From the IMG/VR virus record IMGVR_UViG_3300027708_000019: 64,000 bases of DNA. One strand, given 5' to 3'. This DNA is from a virus. Position 1 is the first letter of the stretch; each line of letters opens with the position of its first letter. Under the pieces are notes generated by a model. The model did no database searches, was not told the origin of the DNA, and was given only the letters and a program-made list of their open reading frames with translations. A program made the position numbers and the translations under genes. Positions 19,567-27,904 of this stretch are shown one piece after another.

Positions 19567-19693
19567 GATGTTTCTCCTTACGTTTATATTGCTTCTTACT
19601 TAACTCAACTCTTTGACGATATTTTGATGTGCGCAGATCTTTAGCAATCCAATTTCTTGGCTTACTTGACTGTATAACCAGCGTGCATTCCAT
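19544..19693 (-). CDS. ArfA-like alternative ribosome-rescue peptide (49 aa)
   Basis: Manual translation MECTLVIQSSKPRNWIAKDLRTSKYRQRVELSKKQYKRKEKHRAKSIPI; N-x-I..L..YRQRVE..KK..YxRKxKH resembles ArfA core. Confidence 0.6.
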   Translation of the reverse strand: MECTLVIQSSKPRNWIAKDLRTSKYRQRVELSKKQYKRKEKHRAKSIPI

Positions 19694-19847
19694 ACCCATC
19701 ATCGTGTCCCTTTGCGTAATGAACAGAAGTCAGTGCTCTTAGAAACTCTGACAACTCCTTATATTTTACCTCGCCCAAGGTATTTTCGTCAAGTCCTAAA
19801 ATCGAAACTATTTTAGAACAAGCATGATCAACCTCATGCGGATACAT
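19662..19847 (-). CDS. hypothetical protein
   Basis: Likely start MYPHEVD. Confidence 0.55.
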   Translation of the reverse strand: MYPHEVDHACSKIVSILGLDENTLGEVKYKELSEFLRALTSVHYAKGHDDGYGMHAGYTVK

Positions 19848-20058
19848 CTTCTTTTTCTCTCTTGAATGATTGACGCTTTGCTGCTTCTTCAGACAGCTGA
19901 GCACTAATCATCGCACGTTTAAATGCAGATCTATCTTCTTCAGATTTAAACTTACCCAAAGCAAGATATCGTTTTGTTTGTTTATGCATTTTAAAATTCT
20001 TATCTGGCTTCAATTCGAAGGGGATATAAACTTCATGTGTTTTTTGTTTCTTTGCCAT
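19834..20058 (-). CDS. small basic hypothetical protein
   Basis: AAGGA RBS. Confidence 0.6.
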   Translation of the reverse strand: MAKKQKTHEVYIPFELKPDKNFKMHKQTKRYLALGKFKSEEDRSAFKRAMISAQLSEEAAKRQSFKREKEDVSA

Positions 20059-20066
20059 AATTTTCC

Positions 20067-20354
20067 TTATGTTAACATTCTAATTAAACCTACCATATCA
20101 ATTGTTGTTAGCAAGAGATAGTTAGCCAGCATCCCAAAAGATTTCCTAGTATAAGCGCACCAAGCATAGATTGCACAACCAGTAATCCAGACAGGATAAA
20201 GAGCAAGTAATGGAGGATTCGGTACTGTGATCGCCATTGTAAGAGAGCAAAAAATGCTGATAGCCCAAGCAAGCAACTCGAGAACGAAACGAAAACGATT
20301 TGAAGTCCAGTCATCTTTAATCCATCCCCATGTATTTAATAGTATATCATTCAT
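20067..20354 (-). CDS. small membrane protein (about 3 TM)
   Basis: Hydrophobic profile; coupled ORF. Confidence 0.6.
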   Translation of the reverse strand: MNDILLNTWGWIKDDWTSNRFRFVLELLAWAISIFCSLTMAITVPNPPLLALYPVWITGCAIYAWCAYTRKSFGMLANYLLLTTIDMVGLIRMLT

Positions 20355-20682
20355 ATTTCATTTCTAGCCAGTTAGTTTTTTCTGGTAGAACCTCCATTAT
20401 AATTTGTTTGTCTTGCATTCTTTTGATAAAATCTTCAAGAATACCTTTACCGTACATATTTGTACCATAAACATCTTTATGACATTCGTAGACAGAACCA
20501 GACCAACCCTCAAAAGAATATACGTTTCCCTCAAGAGTAACATTGGTAATTCCGCTATTCATTTTCCATGAATCAGCACCAGCCCATCCACCAAACCAAC
20601 AAGCGAAAACTTTATGGATTGGTGGTGAGTTTGGTGCAGTAATTTTAACAACTACCCATCTATCTGGTCTGTATTCGCTCAT
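20347..20682 (-). CDS. conserved phage hypothetical protein
   Basis: YRPDRWVVVKI..WFGG..DSWKMNSGI. Confidence 0.7.
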   Translation of the reverse strand: MSEYRPDRWVVVKITAPNSPPIHKVFACWFGGWAGADSWKMNSGITNVTLEGNVYSFEGWSGSVYECHKDVYGTNMYGKGILEDFIKRMQDKQIIMEVLPEKTNWLEMKYE

Positions 20683-21551
20683 ACTTCTACCACCTTCAAT
20701 TTAAAATTATCAGCAATTTCTTCGTAACCATGATAACCACGTGGATTACAAACAACACGTGTCTCACCAATCATATAATCAAACAACTCATGCGTATGCC
20801 CATGAGTCCACAATTTAATCTGTGGGCGATCAAGAATAAACTCACTCAAGTCGCTATGATATCCACCATTCATTTCTCTATCATCTTTATACTTAGGATG
20901 ACAACTAGCATGCGATGGAGTGTGGTGACCAACAACAACAAACTTCTTATCATGTTTCTCAGCGACAACTGTTTTGATAAACTCAAGCATTTCCTTGTGA
21001 TCATCAACAGCATCTTGTGGACTAAACTTAGCAACACGTGTTCTGAATGTTGGTTTATCTGGATTATCAGGATCGTCAAAGGTTTTGTATGTTACTTCAC
21101 GATTACTATTATCAACACAGCGGAAGTCGTTCATCATACGTGTAATCATATGAAGAGTCAACGGATCCTCTTTATTCATATCAGTCCATAATGTTCCACC
21201 AATAAATGTTATATCATCAACAATATATGTTTCTTTATCTAAGATGTGTAGATTAGTAAGATACTCAAGTCGTTTCTTAACATCAGAGATTGTGTATTTA
21301 AAGTCGCCATGATAATGCTCATGATTGCCAACAATATAAATTACATGCGGAAATCGAGCAGAGCATTCTTGAAAGAATGTGTGATACCTTGAAGACTTAC
21401 CGAAGTCAACAATCCCATATGAATCATGATCCATCAAATCACGAATAACACAGATATCACCAGATAAAATTAACACATCAATATCGCCTGGATTTTCCAG
21501 CGATAGTTTTGAAAACTCTAAGTGAAGATCTGAGCAAATTGCTATTTTCAT
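20679..21551 (-). CDS. calcineurin-like metallophosphoesterase
   Basis: SDLHLE, GDI, GNHE, HH, HGHTH, NPRGY. Confidence 0.85.
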   Translation of the reverse strand: MKIAICSDLHLEFSKLSLENPGDIDVLILSGDICVIRDLMDHDSYGIVDFGKSSRYHTFFQECSARFPHVIYIVGNHEHYHGDFKYTISDVKKRLEYLTNLHILDKETYIVDDITFIGGTLWTDMNKEDPLTLHMITRMMNDFRCVDNSNREVTYKTFDDPDNPDKPTFRTRVAKFSPQDAVDDHKEMLEFIKTVVAEKHDKKFVVVGHHTPSHASCHPKYKDDREMNGGYHSDLSEFILDRPQIKLWTHGHTHELFDYMIGETRVVCNPRGYHGYEEIADNFKLKVVEV

Positions 21552-21553
21552 AT

Positions 21554-21895
21554 CTAACCCCTTCGCATTCTTGCGATTTCCTTTGCTTCATCATCACTAA
21601 AGATGGGTACAGCATTTGATTTATGTAACGTACCGATACCAATCATTTTGGTACCAGTATAAACTTTTCCTGTTATTGGCTTAGTTGCAGTGCCAAGACC
21701 GCTGTTGAGACTAGGATAGTGCTTAGTGTGTCTCCGTAATACATCAGATTTTGGTGGACTGTAAACTTCAAATCGATCAGTTTTCTTTTCATCTTTAACA
21801 TCATATTTCCTTTTCAGTTTTTCCCATGACTCTGCTGCCAGCATCGCTTGACGCTTGTGCTCGGCAGATTTGTATTTAACCTTTTGTTTACGCAT
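21554..21895 (-). CDS. conserved phage hypothetical protein
   Basis: YTGT..GIGTLHKSNAVPI motif; downstream of promoter. Confidence 0.7.
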   Translation of the reverse strand: MRKQKVKYKSAEHKRQAMLAAESWEKLKRKYDVKDEKKTDRFEVYSPPKSDVLRRHTKHYPSLNSGLGTATKPITGKVYTGTKMIGIGTLHKSNAVPIFSDDEAKEIARMRRG

Positions 21896-21900
21896 AAGTA

Positions 21901-21929
21901 ATTATACCTCAGATAAGATTAAAAGTCAA
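21901..21929 (-). promoter_or_regulatory. sigma70-type promoter
   Basis: TTGACT-N17-TATAAT. Confidence 0.8.
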
Positions 21930-21935
21930 GCATTT

Positions 21936-22076
21936 TTACAGAAAATTATCGCCGTAAACTTCTTTTAAAGCAGTCTGAAGTTTTAACGCAGAAAGACAGA
22001 TTTCAAAAGTCTCTCCTTCTACGGAAAGGTCTCCTAATTTTTCTAAAAATTCGGCTAATTCAGAATCCGTAAACAT
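21936..22076 (-). CDS. small hypothetical protein
   Basis: AGGAG RBS before MFTDSEL; own promoter. Confidence 0.6.
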   Translation of the reverse strand: MFTDSELAEFLEKLGDLSVEGETFEICLSALKLQTALKEVYGDNFL

Positions 22077-22098
22077 AAGTTCTCCTGTTGAAAACTTT

Positions 22099-22127
22099 AT
22101 TATACTCCGAATTCGTTTAAATGTCAA
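22099..22127 (-). promoter_or_regulatory. sigma70-type promoter
   Basis: TTGACA-N17-TATAAT. Confidence 0.85.
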
Positions 22128-22134
22128 TACCCCA

Positions 22135-22162
22135 AAATGAAAAACCCTACCAGTGGTAGGGT
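22135..22162 (-). terminator. terminator/dyad hairpin
   Basis: ACCCTACC-N3-GGTAGGGT followed by T run on minus strand. Confidence 0.6.
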
Positions 22163-22183
22163 CTTTTGGAGCCAAGGCAGTGC

Positions 22184-23509
22184 TTATCTAAATTCGGTTC
22201 TCGAATCAGGCATTACAACATTCGTTGGTTTTGGTGCTTCCGAATTTATATGGACATGGGAATCTTCTTTCTTCTCATCAAAAGGATCTTTTGGGTTGAA
22301 GTCAGAATTTAATTGTTCTGGGTCAAGTTGAAAAGTTGTTTCTGGTTCTTCGTTAACATACAACATTGGTTCATTTGTGTTATCTGTTTTTGAAAAATAT
22401 TCTTTGACAACTTTCTTAAATTCCTCAGGCACTTCTTTCGGTGGCTCAGGAATTAACCATGTGTCTTTTGCTGGTTCTTCAACTGCAACTGTTTCAACTT
22501 TTTGTTCAGTTTGTAGTTGGTTAAGAGAATCAACAATTTGACTCCAGTATTTATTTTGATCGTCCTCAGTTTCCTCATCACTTTGTTCTTCATCCGTCTC
22601 ATCTTGTTCCTTTAATTCAGTTGTTGTTTCATAATACCATGAAGGACTTACAGATTCTTCAGGACGTACCATCGGAAATGGGAAAGTAGGTAAATGCGAA
22701 TCTTCCTCTTCCTCATCAGCTTCCGCTGGTTCATCAACTACTTTAATTTGTTCATCTTCAGGTTTTCTGTTTAGCATTTCTCTATTTGCTGCAATCAACA
22801 TCAACACAGCCATAGGATCAAAAACAAAAACAATCAGAAGAATAACGATACGAACTGATTTCTCTAGAATAGTATCGTCAAGAACATCTCCGTAGATTAA
22901 CGCTGCGATGTATTTGATCGGACCGACTTCGGCTTCGACTTTGCGGAGTTCGCTCGCGACTGGGGCACGCTCTTCGTTGTACTTGGCGATTTTGGCTTGC
23001 GAGGTTTGGATTTCGTTGAGGAGACTGTTTCTTTCTTTGGCTTGACTTCTACGGATGGCGACGGAGCGATCGGCTCCACGATCATCTGTGGTTCTTGCGA
23101 GGGTTTGGTCAACTTGTGAATCCAGTTGAGAAATTGCTTTACGAGCTGCATCGACATTATCCTTTTCTGTTTTAATTTTCTCGTTGAGAATTGCTATCTT
23201 AGATGCCACATCTCCAGTTGGAACTGCTTGGTCTAAGTGCGCTTTACTTAGGTATCCGAAAATACCCATGCTTGTTAGTAGCATTAGGATGACAAGTGCC
23301 GATGTGAAGTAAGTCTTCAATAACATCGGTGCTGTCTTCCAATTTCTATATAGCCATGATGCAGAAACCAATTTACTTGCTTCTAAAATTGATCCCATCA
23401 CAGCGATAGGAATAACTGCTGTTGAGAAAATAGCAATCAATCCCATCACAGAATAATACGCTGCTACTGCGGACAATGCAAAACCGCATGTAAATAGTAG
23501 GTATATCAT
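22184..23509 (-). CDS. multi-TM coiled-coil membrane protein with acidic tail
   Basis: 3 N-terminal TMs, GYLSKAH, coiled coil, EVGPIKYIA, TM FDP, acidic C-terminus. Confidence 0.7.
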   Translation of the reverse strand: MIYLLFTCGFALSAVAAYYSVMGLIAIFSTAVIPIAVMGSILEASKLVSASWLYRNWKTAPMLLKTYFTSALVILMLLTSMGIFGYLSKAHLDQAVPTGDVASKIAILNEKIKTEKDNVDAARKAISQLDSQVDQTLARTTDDRGADRSVAIRRSQAKERNSLLNEIQTSQAKIAKYNEERAPVASELRKVEAEVGPIKYIAALIYGDVLDDTILEKSVRIVILLIVFVFDPMAVLMLIAANREMLNRKPEDEQIKVVDEPAEADEEEEDSHLPTFPFPMVRPEESVSPSWYYETTTELKEQDETDEEQSDEETEDDQNKYWSQIVDSLNQLQTEQKVETVAVEEPAKDTWLIPEPPKEVPEEFKKVVKEYFSKTDNTNEPMLYVNEEPETTFQLDPEQLNSDFNPKDPFDEKKEDSHVHINSEAPKPTNVVMPDSRTEFR

Positions 23510-23895
23510 TTTTTTATATGCTTCCTGTGTGTTTTAATCATAATCCATTCATTATAATAATTATCGTCTAAAAGTACATTTAAGTCAAATTGGAATTTTG
23601 CTTCCCAATAATTTGTATTACCTCTAGTTGGACACAACATCAATATTTTGCGAGAAAAGTTCTCGACACCATATTTATTGATATCTTCAATTAGGACTTT
23701 GTTCGAACCCCAGTAATCACGCCAATTACTCTCTACCCTTGTTCTTTTCTTTTTACCTTTTACTTGTCGTGTTTTTGCTTCGGTAAAATACTTCCGACCG
23801 ATATATTTCTTACCAGTCAGATTATTTGTAATCTCGTAGATGAAACCATACCAATCACCAGCATCTACGAATGGTTCGTTATTGTGGTGCCACAT
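23506..23895 (-). CDS. GIY-YIG endonuclease (endonuclease II-like)
   Basis: GFIY..TN..KKYIGRK, YWGS, YYN motifs. Confidence 0.8.
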   Translation of the reverse strand: MWHHNNEPFVDAGDWYGFIYEITNNLTGKKYIGRKYFTEAKTRQVKGKKKRTRVESNWRDYWGSNKVLIEDINKYGVENFSRKILMLCPTRGNTNYWEAKFQFDLNVLLDDNYYNEWIMIKTHRKHIKK

Positions 23896-24025
23896 CGGTG
23901 GGTGGCGCAGGTGGAGGTGTTGGTTGAGCACCTTCTGCTTGTGCGGTGTCCATTGAGGAACCCTGTGGGTTTTTTAATTTGCTAAACCAATCATTACCTT
24001 GTAGTTCGCTTGGGTTTTCTGCCAT
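23879..24025 (-). CDS. 48-aa Pro-rich peptide
   Basis: Manual translation MAENPSELQGNDWFSKLKNPQGSSMDTAQAEGAQPTPPPAPPTDVAPQ; GAGG RBS; starts 2 nt after upstream stop. Confidence 0.55.
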   Translation of the reverse strand: MAENPSELQGNDWFSKLKNPQGSSMDTAQAEGAQPTPPPAPPTDVAPQ

Positions 24026-24027
24026 CT

Positions 24028-25125
24028 TTACCTCATAAAACTGTTATTGGGAACATAGAATTCATTTGGATCTAAATCATAAATGTATTCATATTCACTA
24101 CTTAGTGCTACTGGTGTATCACGTTGTAGAAACAGTTTGTATAGGCTACCAGCTTTCATTTTAAAATCTCTATACTCTTGGTCTTTAGTATAGTCATAGA
24201 TAACTTCTTTGGCATGGAATTTATAAGATTCCCAGTTATGTTTAATCTTCAACTGTTTGTTTGACATACTCCAAATCTGAAAGTAATCTTCAGTAAAAAA
24301 ATGATGGAAATATGTGTTAACAAAATCTTTATCAATGTTCTTACGAATTGTTTTATCAACACGCAATATCATTCTGAAGAAAACAGATTGCCACTTAAAG
24401 TTGAAGTTGTACCACCAGAAAAAATCAAATACAGTTTTGATTTCACAAGGTGCTTGTTTTCCATGCTCGTGTAATATTTCATACCAAACATTTGCGAATG
24501 GTTCTGTTAAACCACGCTGCATAAAATAATCAACTACAATTTCTCTAGTATATGGCGAATGAATGATCTCAAAACTAAATCGATTCTTGAAGTCTCCGAT
24601 AACATCAGTACCAAACAATTGATCGTTGTGTTCACCACCAATAATCAAATACTTCTTATCAAAGTAAAGTGTCATTCTGTCACTTGGCTTGACTGTTAAT
24701 TTTCCACGAATGTGATTTTGATAGAAGTTTGGATTCTCACGAATGCTATCCATACTCATGACAACAACAAGTCTATCGCGATCTGACTCAGGGATTACTT
24801 TTAAAAATGATACTAGAACAAGAGTTGAATCAATACCACCAGAGTAAAACACATAAAGTGGTAAGTCCATTTGTTTTGACTTCTCATATAATTCAGTTGC
24901 TCTTTTCTCGCAACATTGTTCATATGTTAAATCATATTTACTTAAATCTGTTGGCATAACATTTGGTTCATACAGTTTAAATCTGTATGGCATAATAACA
25001 CGCTCTGAACGATCAACTAGACTTACGTTCAAGTTGATCATTTCATAAATGCTACCCCACTCAGGACATCCAGCAGCAGGATGTTCTCTAAGAATATCGC
25101 AGTTGGCAAGATATAATTCTTTCAT
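24028..25125 (-). CDS. asparagine-synthetase-like PP-loop ATPase (paralog 2)
   Basis: YSGGIDST and GGEHNDQLFG motifs; clear similarity to 9332-10453. Confidence 0.62.
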   Translation of the reverse strand: MKELYLANCDILREHPAAGCPEWGSIYEMINLNVSLVDRSERVIMPYRFKLYEPNVMPTDLSKYDLTYEQCCEKRATELYEKSKQMDLPLYVFYSGGIDSTLVLVSFLKVIPESDRDRLVVVMSMDSIRENPNFYQNHIRGKLTVKPSDRMTLYFDKKYLIIGGEHNDQLFGTDVIGDFKNRFSFEIIHSPYTREIVVDYFMQRGLTEPFANVWYEILHEHGKQAPCEIKTVFDFFWWYNFNFKWQSVFFRMILRVDKTIRKNIDKDFVNTYFHHFFTEDYFQIWSMSNKQLKIKHNWESYKFHAKEVIYDYTKDQEYRDFKMKAGSLYKLFLQRDTPVALSSEYEYIYDLDPNEFYVPNNSFMR

Positions 25126-25757
25126 CAGCAATGCGCATTTCTAACCAAAGCATGACAGGCATCTTTAAATCCTTGTCTTAATTCATCTCTGGTTGATAGT
25201 TTATTAAATTTGTCAACATAAACACCAAACCATGCGAAATTTCTCATCTTGATCAACCCACTGGTTTCAAGCATGAGTGTAAGTTCTTCATATGCTGTTT
25301 TGTTGGAAATATTGTGAGCAGATGCATATTCAACTATACCATTAGCATATGTATCTGTCTTTGGATCACTGGCTTCCATATCTTTAATCAGGAATGCCAT
25401 AATAGATTCGTCAAAATATAAGACGGATCTTTCATTTTGTCTACGGAATTGTTCTTCTAAAGCATGAATGTAATGGGCACGAACAGAAGCAATTTTCTTG
25501 CGATCCATATACTCTTTGGTTATCAACAACTCTGGCATATAACCAATCCAAGTATCTTGTTTTGGTGTGAGTCTCAGCTTGTCTTTTTCAAAGTCAAACT
25601 GTTTAAGTTCTTGAGCAACCGAATCGATCTCTATTGGTATAACAACAACATCAGTGTTAATCATTCCTTTAGAAACTGCGATAGCAGTAGTAAATGATTT
25701 TGGTAATGCTAAGATCGCTTTAGTTGATACATCAATTACGGTATATAAAGCACTCAT
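25125..25757 (-). CDS. hypothetical protein, partner of PP-loop enzyme 2
   Basis: TGATG overlap with downstream enzyme gene. Confidence 0.65.
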   Translation of the reverse strand: MSALYTVIDVSTKAILALPKSFTTAIAVSKGMINTDVVVIPIEIDSVAQELKQFDFEKDKLRLTPKQDTWIGYMPELLITKEYMDRKKIASVRAHYIHALEEQFRRQNERSVLYFDESIMAFLIKDMEASDPKTDTYANGIVEYASAHNISNKTAYEELTLMLETSGLIKMRNFAWFGVYVDKFNKLSTRDELRQGFKDACHALVRNAHC

Positions 25758-25906
25758 TCTTCATCATCAATTAGTTCTTCTTCCTCATATATATCGCTGC
25801 CACAAAATGGACAATATACGATATCGTTTTTGGTATAGTCGCCTTCTTTAAATTTTATGCTGCCATGCGCTCCGCAGCTTTCGCAATCAAAATGTTTAAG
25901 TGCCAT
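25754..25906 (-). CDS. small zinc-ribbon protein (50 aa)
   Basis: Manual translation with CESC..CPFCG; coupled to nrdB stop. Confidence 0.65.
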   Translation of the reverse strand: MALKHFDCESCGAHGSIKFKEGDYTKNDIVYCPFCGSDIYEEEELIDDEE

Positions 25907-26889
25907 TATGCCCACACCTCTCCCCACTGACCAGATAACGCACCTTTAGCGTAGTCAGTAGCACGATTTTCAAAAAAGTTTGTATGAGTCGGTGCATTAA
26001 TCATTTCTTCTACCCATGGTAGTGGGTTTTTCTTAACTTTGAATATTCCTTTTAAGCCAAGAGAAATTAAGCGACGATCTGCGATGTAACGAATATACTG
26101 TTTAACATCTTCTGGTGTTAACTCTTCCATAGCACCCATAGAGAATGCCAAGTCAATAAATTTTTCTTCAAGAGAAACCATTTTCTCAGCGATAGTATAT
26201 ATCTGAGATTTCAAATCATCATTCCAGATTTCTTTGTTTTCTTCAATGTATGTTCTAAACAATTTAATCATTGATTCAGCATGCATTGTTTCATCAACAA
26301 TAGACCATGTGATGATTTGTCCCATACCTTTCATTTTGCCATGTCGTGGAAAATTCAACAACATAATGAATGATGAGAACAACTGCATACCTTCAGTAAA
26401 AGCAGAGAACGCAGCAATATTTGTTGCTACTGATTCCATTGTACCATTCTTATTTGAAAGATCAACAAAGTAATCGTGTTTGTCTTTCATTTCAGCATAT
26501 TCCAAAAACTCATTATATGTTGTTTCTGGCATACCAAGTGTTTCAATTAGGTGTGAGTAACCTGCAACGTGTAATGCTTCTCTTGCTGCGAATCCCATCA
26601 ACATCATTCTTATTTCTGGTTGTGGGAAGTATGGTAGGTAATTCTTCACGTATCCTCCCGCCACATCCACATCCCCTTGGACAAAGAATCGCAGAATGTT
26701 TGTAAGGAAGTGTTTTTCTTCTTGTGTTAATTTCTTTTTCCAATCTTTGACATCCTCCATCATTGGTACTTCTGTGTGTAACCAGTGGGCTTGTTCATGT
26801 TTTAACCAAGCATTATATGCCCACGGATAATGGAATGGTTTAAAGGAACTACGCTCATCTGTTAATTTTAATTTTGTTTTTTTAATCAT
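25906..26889 (-). CDS. nrdB: ribonucleotide reductase class Ia beta subunit
   Basis: EALH..Y, EG, DETMH, NFFE. Confidence 0.95.
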   Translation of the reverse strand: MIKKTKLKLTDERSSFKPFHYPWAYNAWLKHEQAHWLHTEVPMMEDVKDWKKKLTQEEKHFLTNILRFFVQGDVDVAGGYVKNYLPYFPQPEIRMMLMGFAAREALHVAGYSHLIETLGMPETTYNEFLEYAEMKDKHDYFVDLSNKNGTMESVATNIAAFSAFTEGMQLFSSFIMLLNFPRHGKMKGMGQIITWSIVDETMHAESMIKLFRTYIEENKEIWNDDLKSQIYTIAEKMVSLEEKFIDLAFSMGAMEELTPEDVKQYIRYIADRRLISLGLKGIFKVKKNPLPWVEEMINAPTHTNFFENRATDYAKGALSGQWGEVWA

Positions 26890-27124
26890 CTTTTTTTCTA
26901 ATCCTAATTCCTACATATGTTCCGAAAAATGCACCAAGACATGCTGGTATCAACAGCCAATGGTCAACTGTATAGTTTATTACTGCTACACTTGCAACTA
27001 AAAATACAATTACACCCCATACACTGGATACCAATGCTTTATCTTCGTTTACTGCTTTTAAATAGTATGTATAAAATACATCAGTGAAAAACAGAGCAAA
27101 GAAAACAACAATCCATTCTGTCAT
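26882..27124 (-). CDS. small membrane protein
   Basis: Three hydrophobic segments; GAFFGTYVG. Confidence 0.6.
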   Translation of the reverse strand: MTEWIVVFFALFFTDVFYTYYLKAVNEDKALVSSVWGVIVFLVASVAVINYTVDHWLLIPACLGAFFGTYVGIRIRKKDD

Positions 27125-27252
27125 TTTTCTTCAACCTGTTTTTCTATTTTCTTAATTGGTTCAGGAAAGTATGGCTCAATCACATAATGATTAGCACTCC
27201 ACCATCCGATTGCAGAAAAGAATCCAACAACCACCCAACTAGCAACTAGCAT
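27121..27252 (-). CDS. small membrane-anchored protein (43 aa)
   Basis: Manual translation MLVASWVVVGFFSAIGWWSANHY...; GGAG RBS. Confidence 0.55.
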   Translation of the reverse strand: MLVASWVVVGFFSAIGWWSANHYVIEPYFPEPIKKIEKQVEEK

Positions 27253-27253
27253 A

Positions 27254-27904
27254 TTATTTCTCCGTAAGTTCATTAACAAAATTCAACAATAGATCATGGT
27301 GTTTTCCACCATTCCAGTATTTGTTTATATACTGCCATGGTTTCTCATACCAATATAAAGGTGCTTCTGGATGACAACCAATTATTCCAACTCTTCCTTT
27401 GATGATCGCCATCGGATCACCATTAGCATATCTAGCGATTGTTTTGAATTTGGTTTCATCACCAATCAAAGCACAACCATCATAGAAATACATTTTCTCT
27501 TCTTGTCCATTCCAAGTAACAGAAGCTACTGTACCAAAACTTCGTTTGACTCCAGCATTTGGTCTTTTGATATATTGAACAGCACGAACATCTTCAATTA
27601 TGTCAAGATACCATTGGTCAGCCCAATAAGCACCCATACATATACCAAGATAATACCCACCATCTTCAATAAACTTGGCTATTCTATTTCCAGTTCTCCT
27701 AGTAAAAAACTTATAAAAAGAATCAGAATCCCCAAGCCCACCAGGAAAAGCAACAATATCAACACCATTAAAAAAATTAACATCTTCTATATCCTTCTCA
27801 TTAAATGTTTTTACATTATAATTTGAAGAAAGAGATTTCGTCATTGCTTCTACACAATCTTCAGAACACTCTGGATCATGTAAAAAAAGTGCGATGGTTT
27901 TCAT
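27254..27904 (-). CDS. class I glutamine amidotransferase-like protein (BPL_N family)
   Basis: FPGG, YLGICMGAY (Cys), HPE triad. Confidence 0.75.
   Translation of the reverse strand: MKTIALFLHDPECSEDCVEAMTKSLSSNYNVKTFNEKDIEDVNFFNGVDIVAFPGGLGDSDSFYKFFTRRTGNRIAKFIEDGGYYLGICMGAYWADQWYLDIIEDVRAVQYIKRPNAGVKRSFGTVASVTWNGQEEKMYFYDGCALIGDETKFKTIARYANGDPMAIIKGRVGIIGCHPEAPLYWYEKPWQYINKYWNGGKHHDLLLNFVNELTEK

Noticed and set aside
23506-23895. Mobile homing endonuclease or intron
   Set aside because: Short catalytic domain only, free-standing; nrdA, nrdB, thyX and pol appear uninterrupted, with no intron or intein seen.
23879-24025. Canonical lasso peptide precursor
   Set aside because: No convincing Thr(-2) with a G/S/A/C core and D/E at position 7-9; no B1/B2 peptidase recognised. 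Kept only as a generic candidate substrate.
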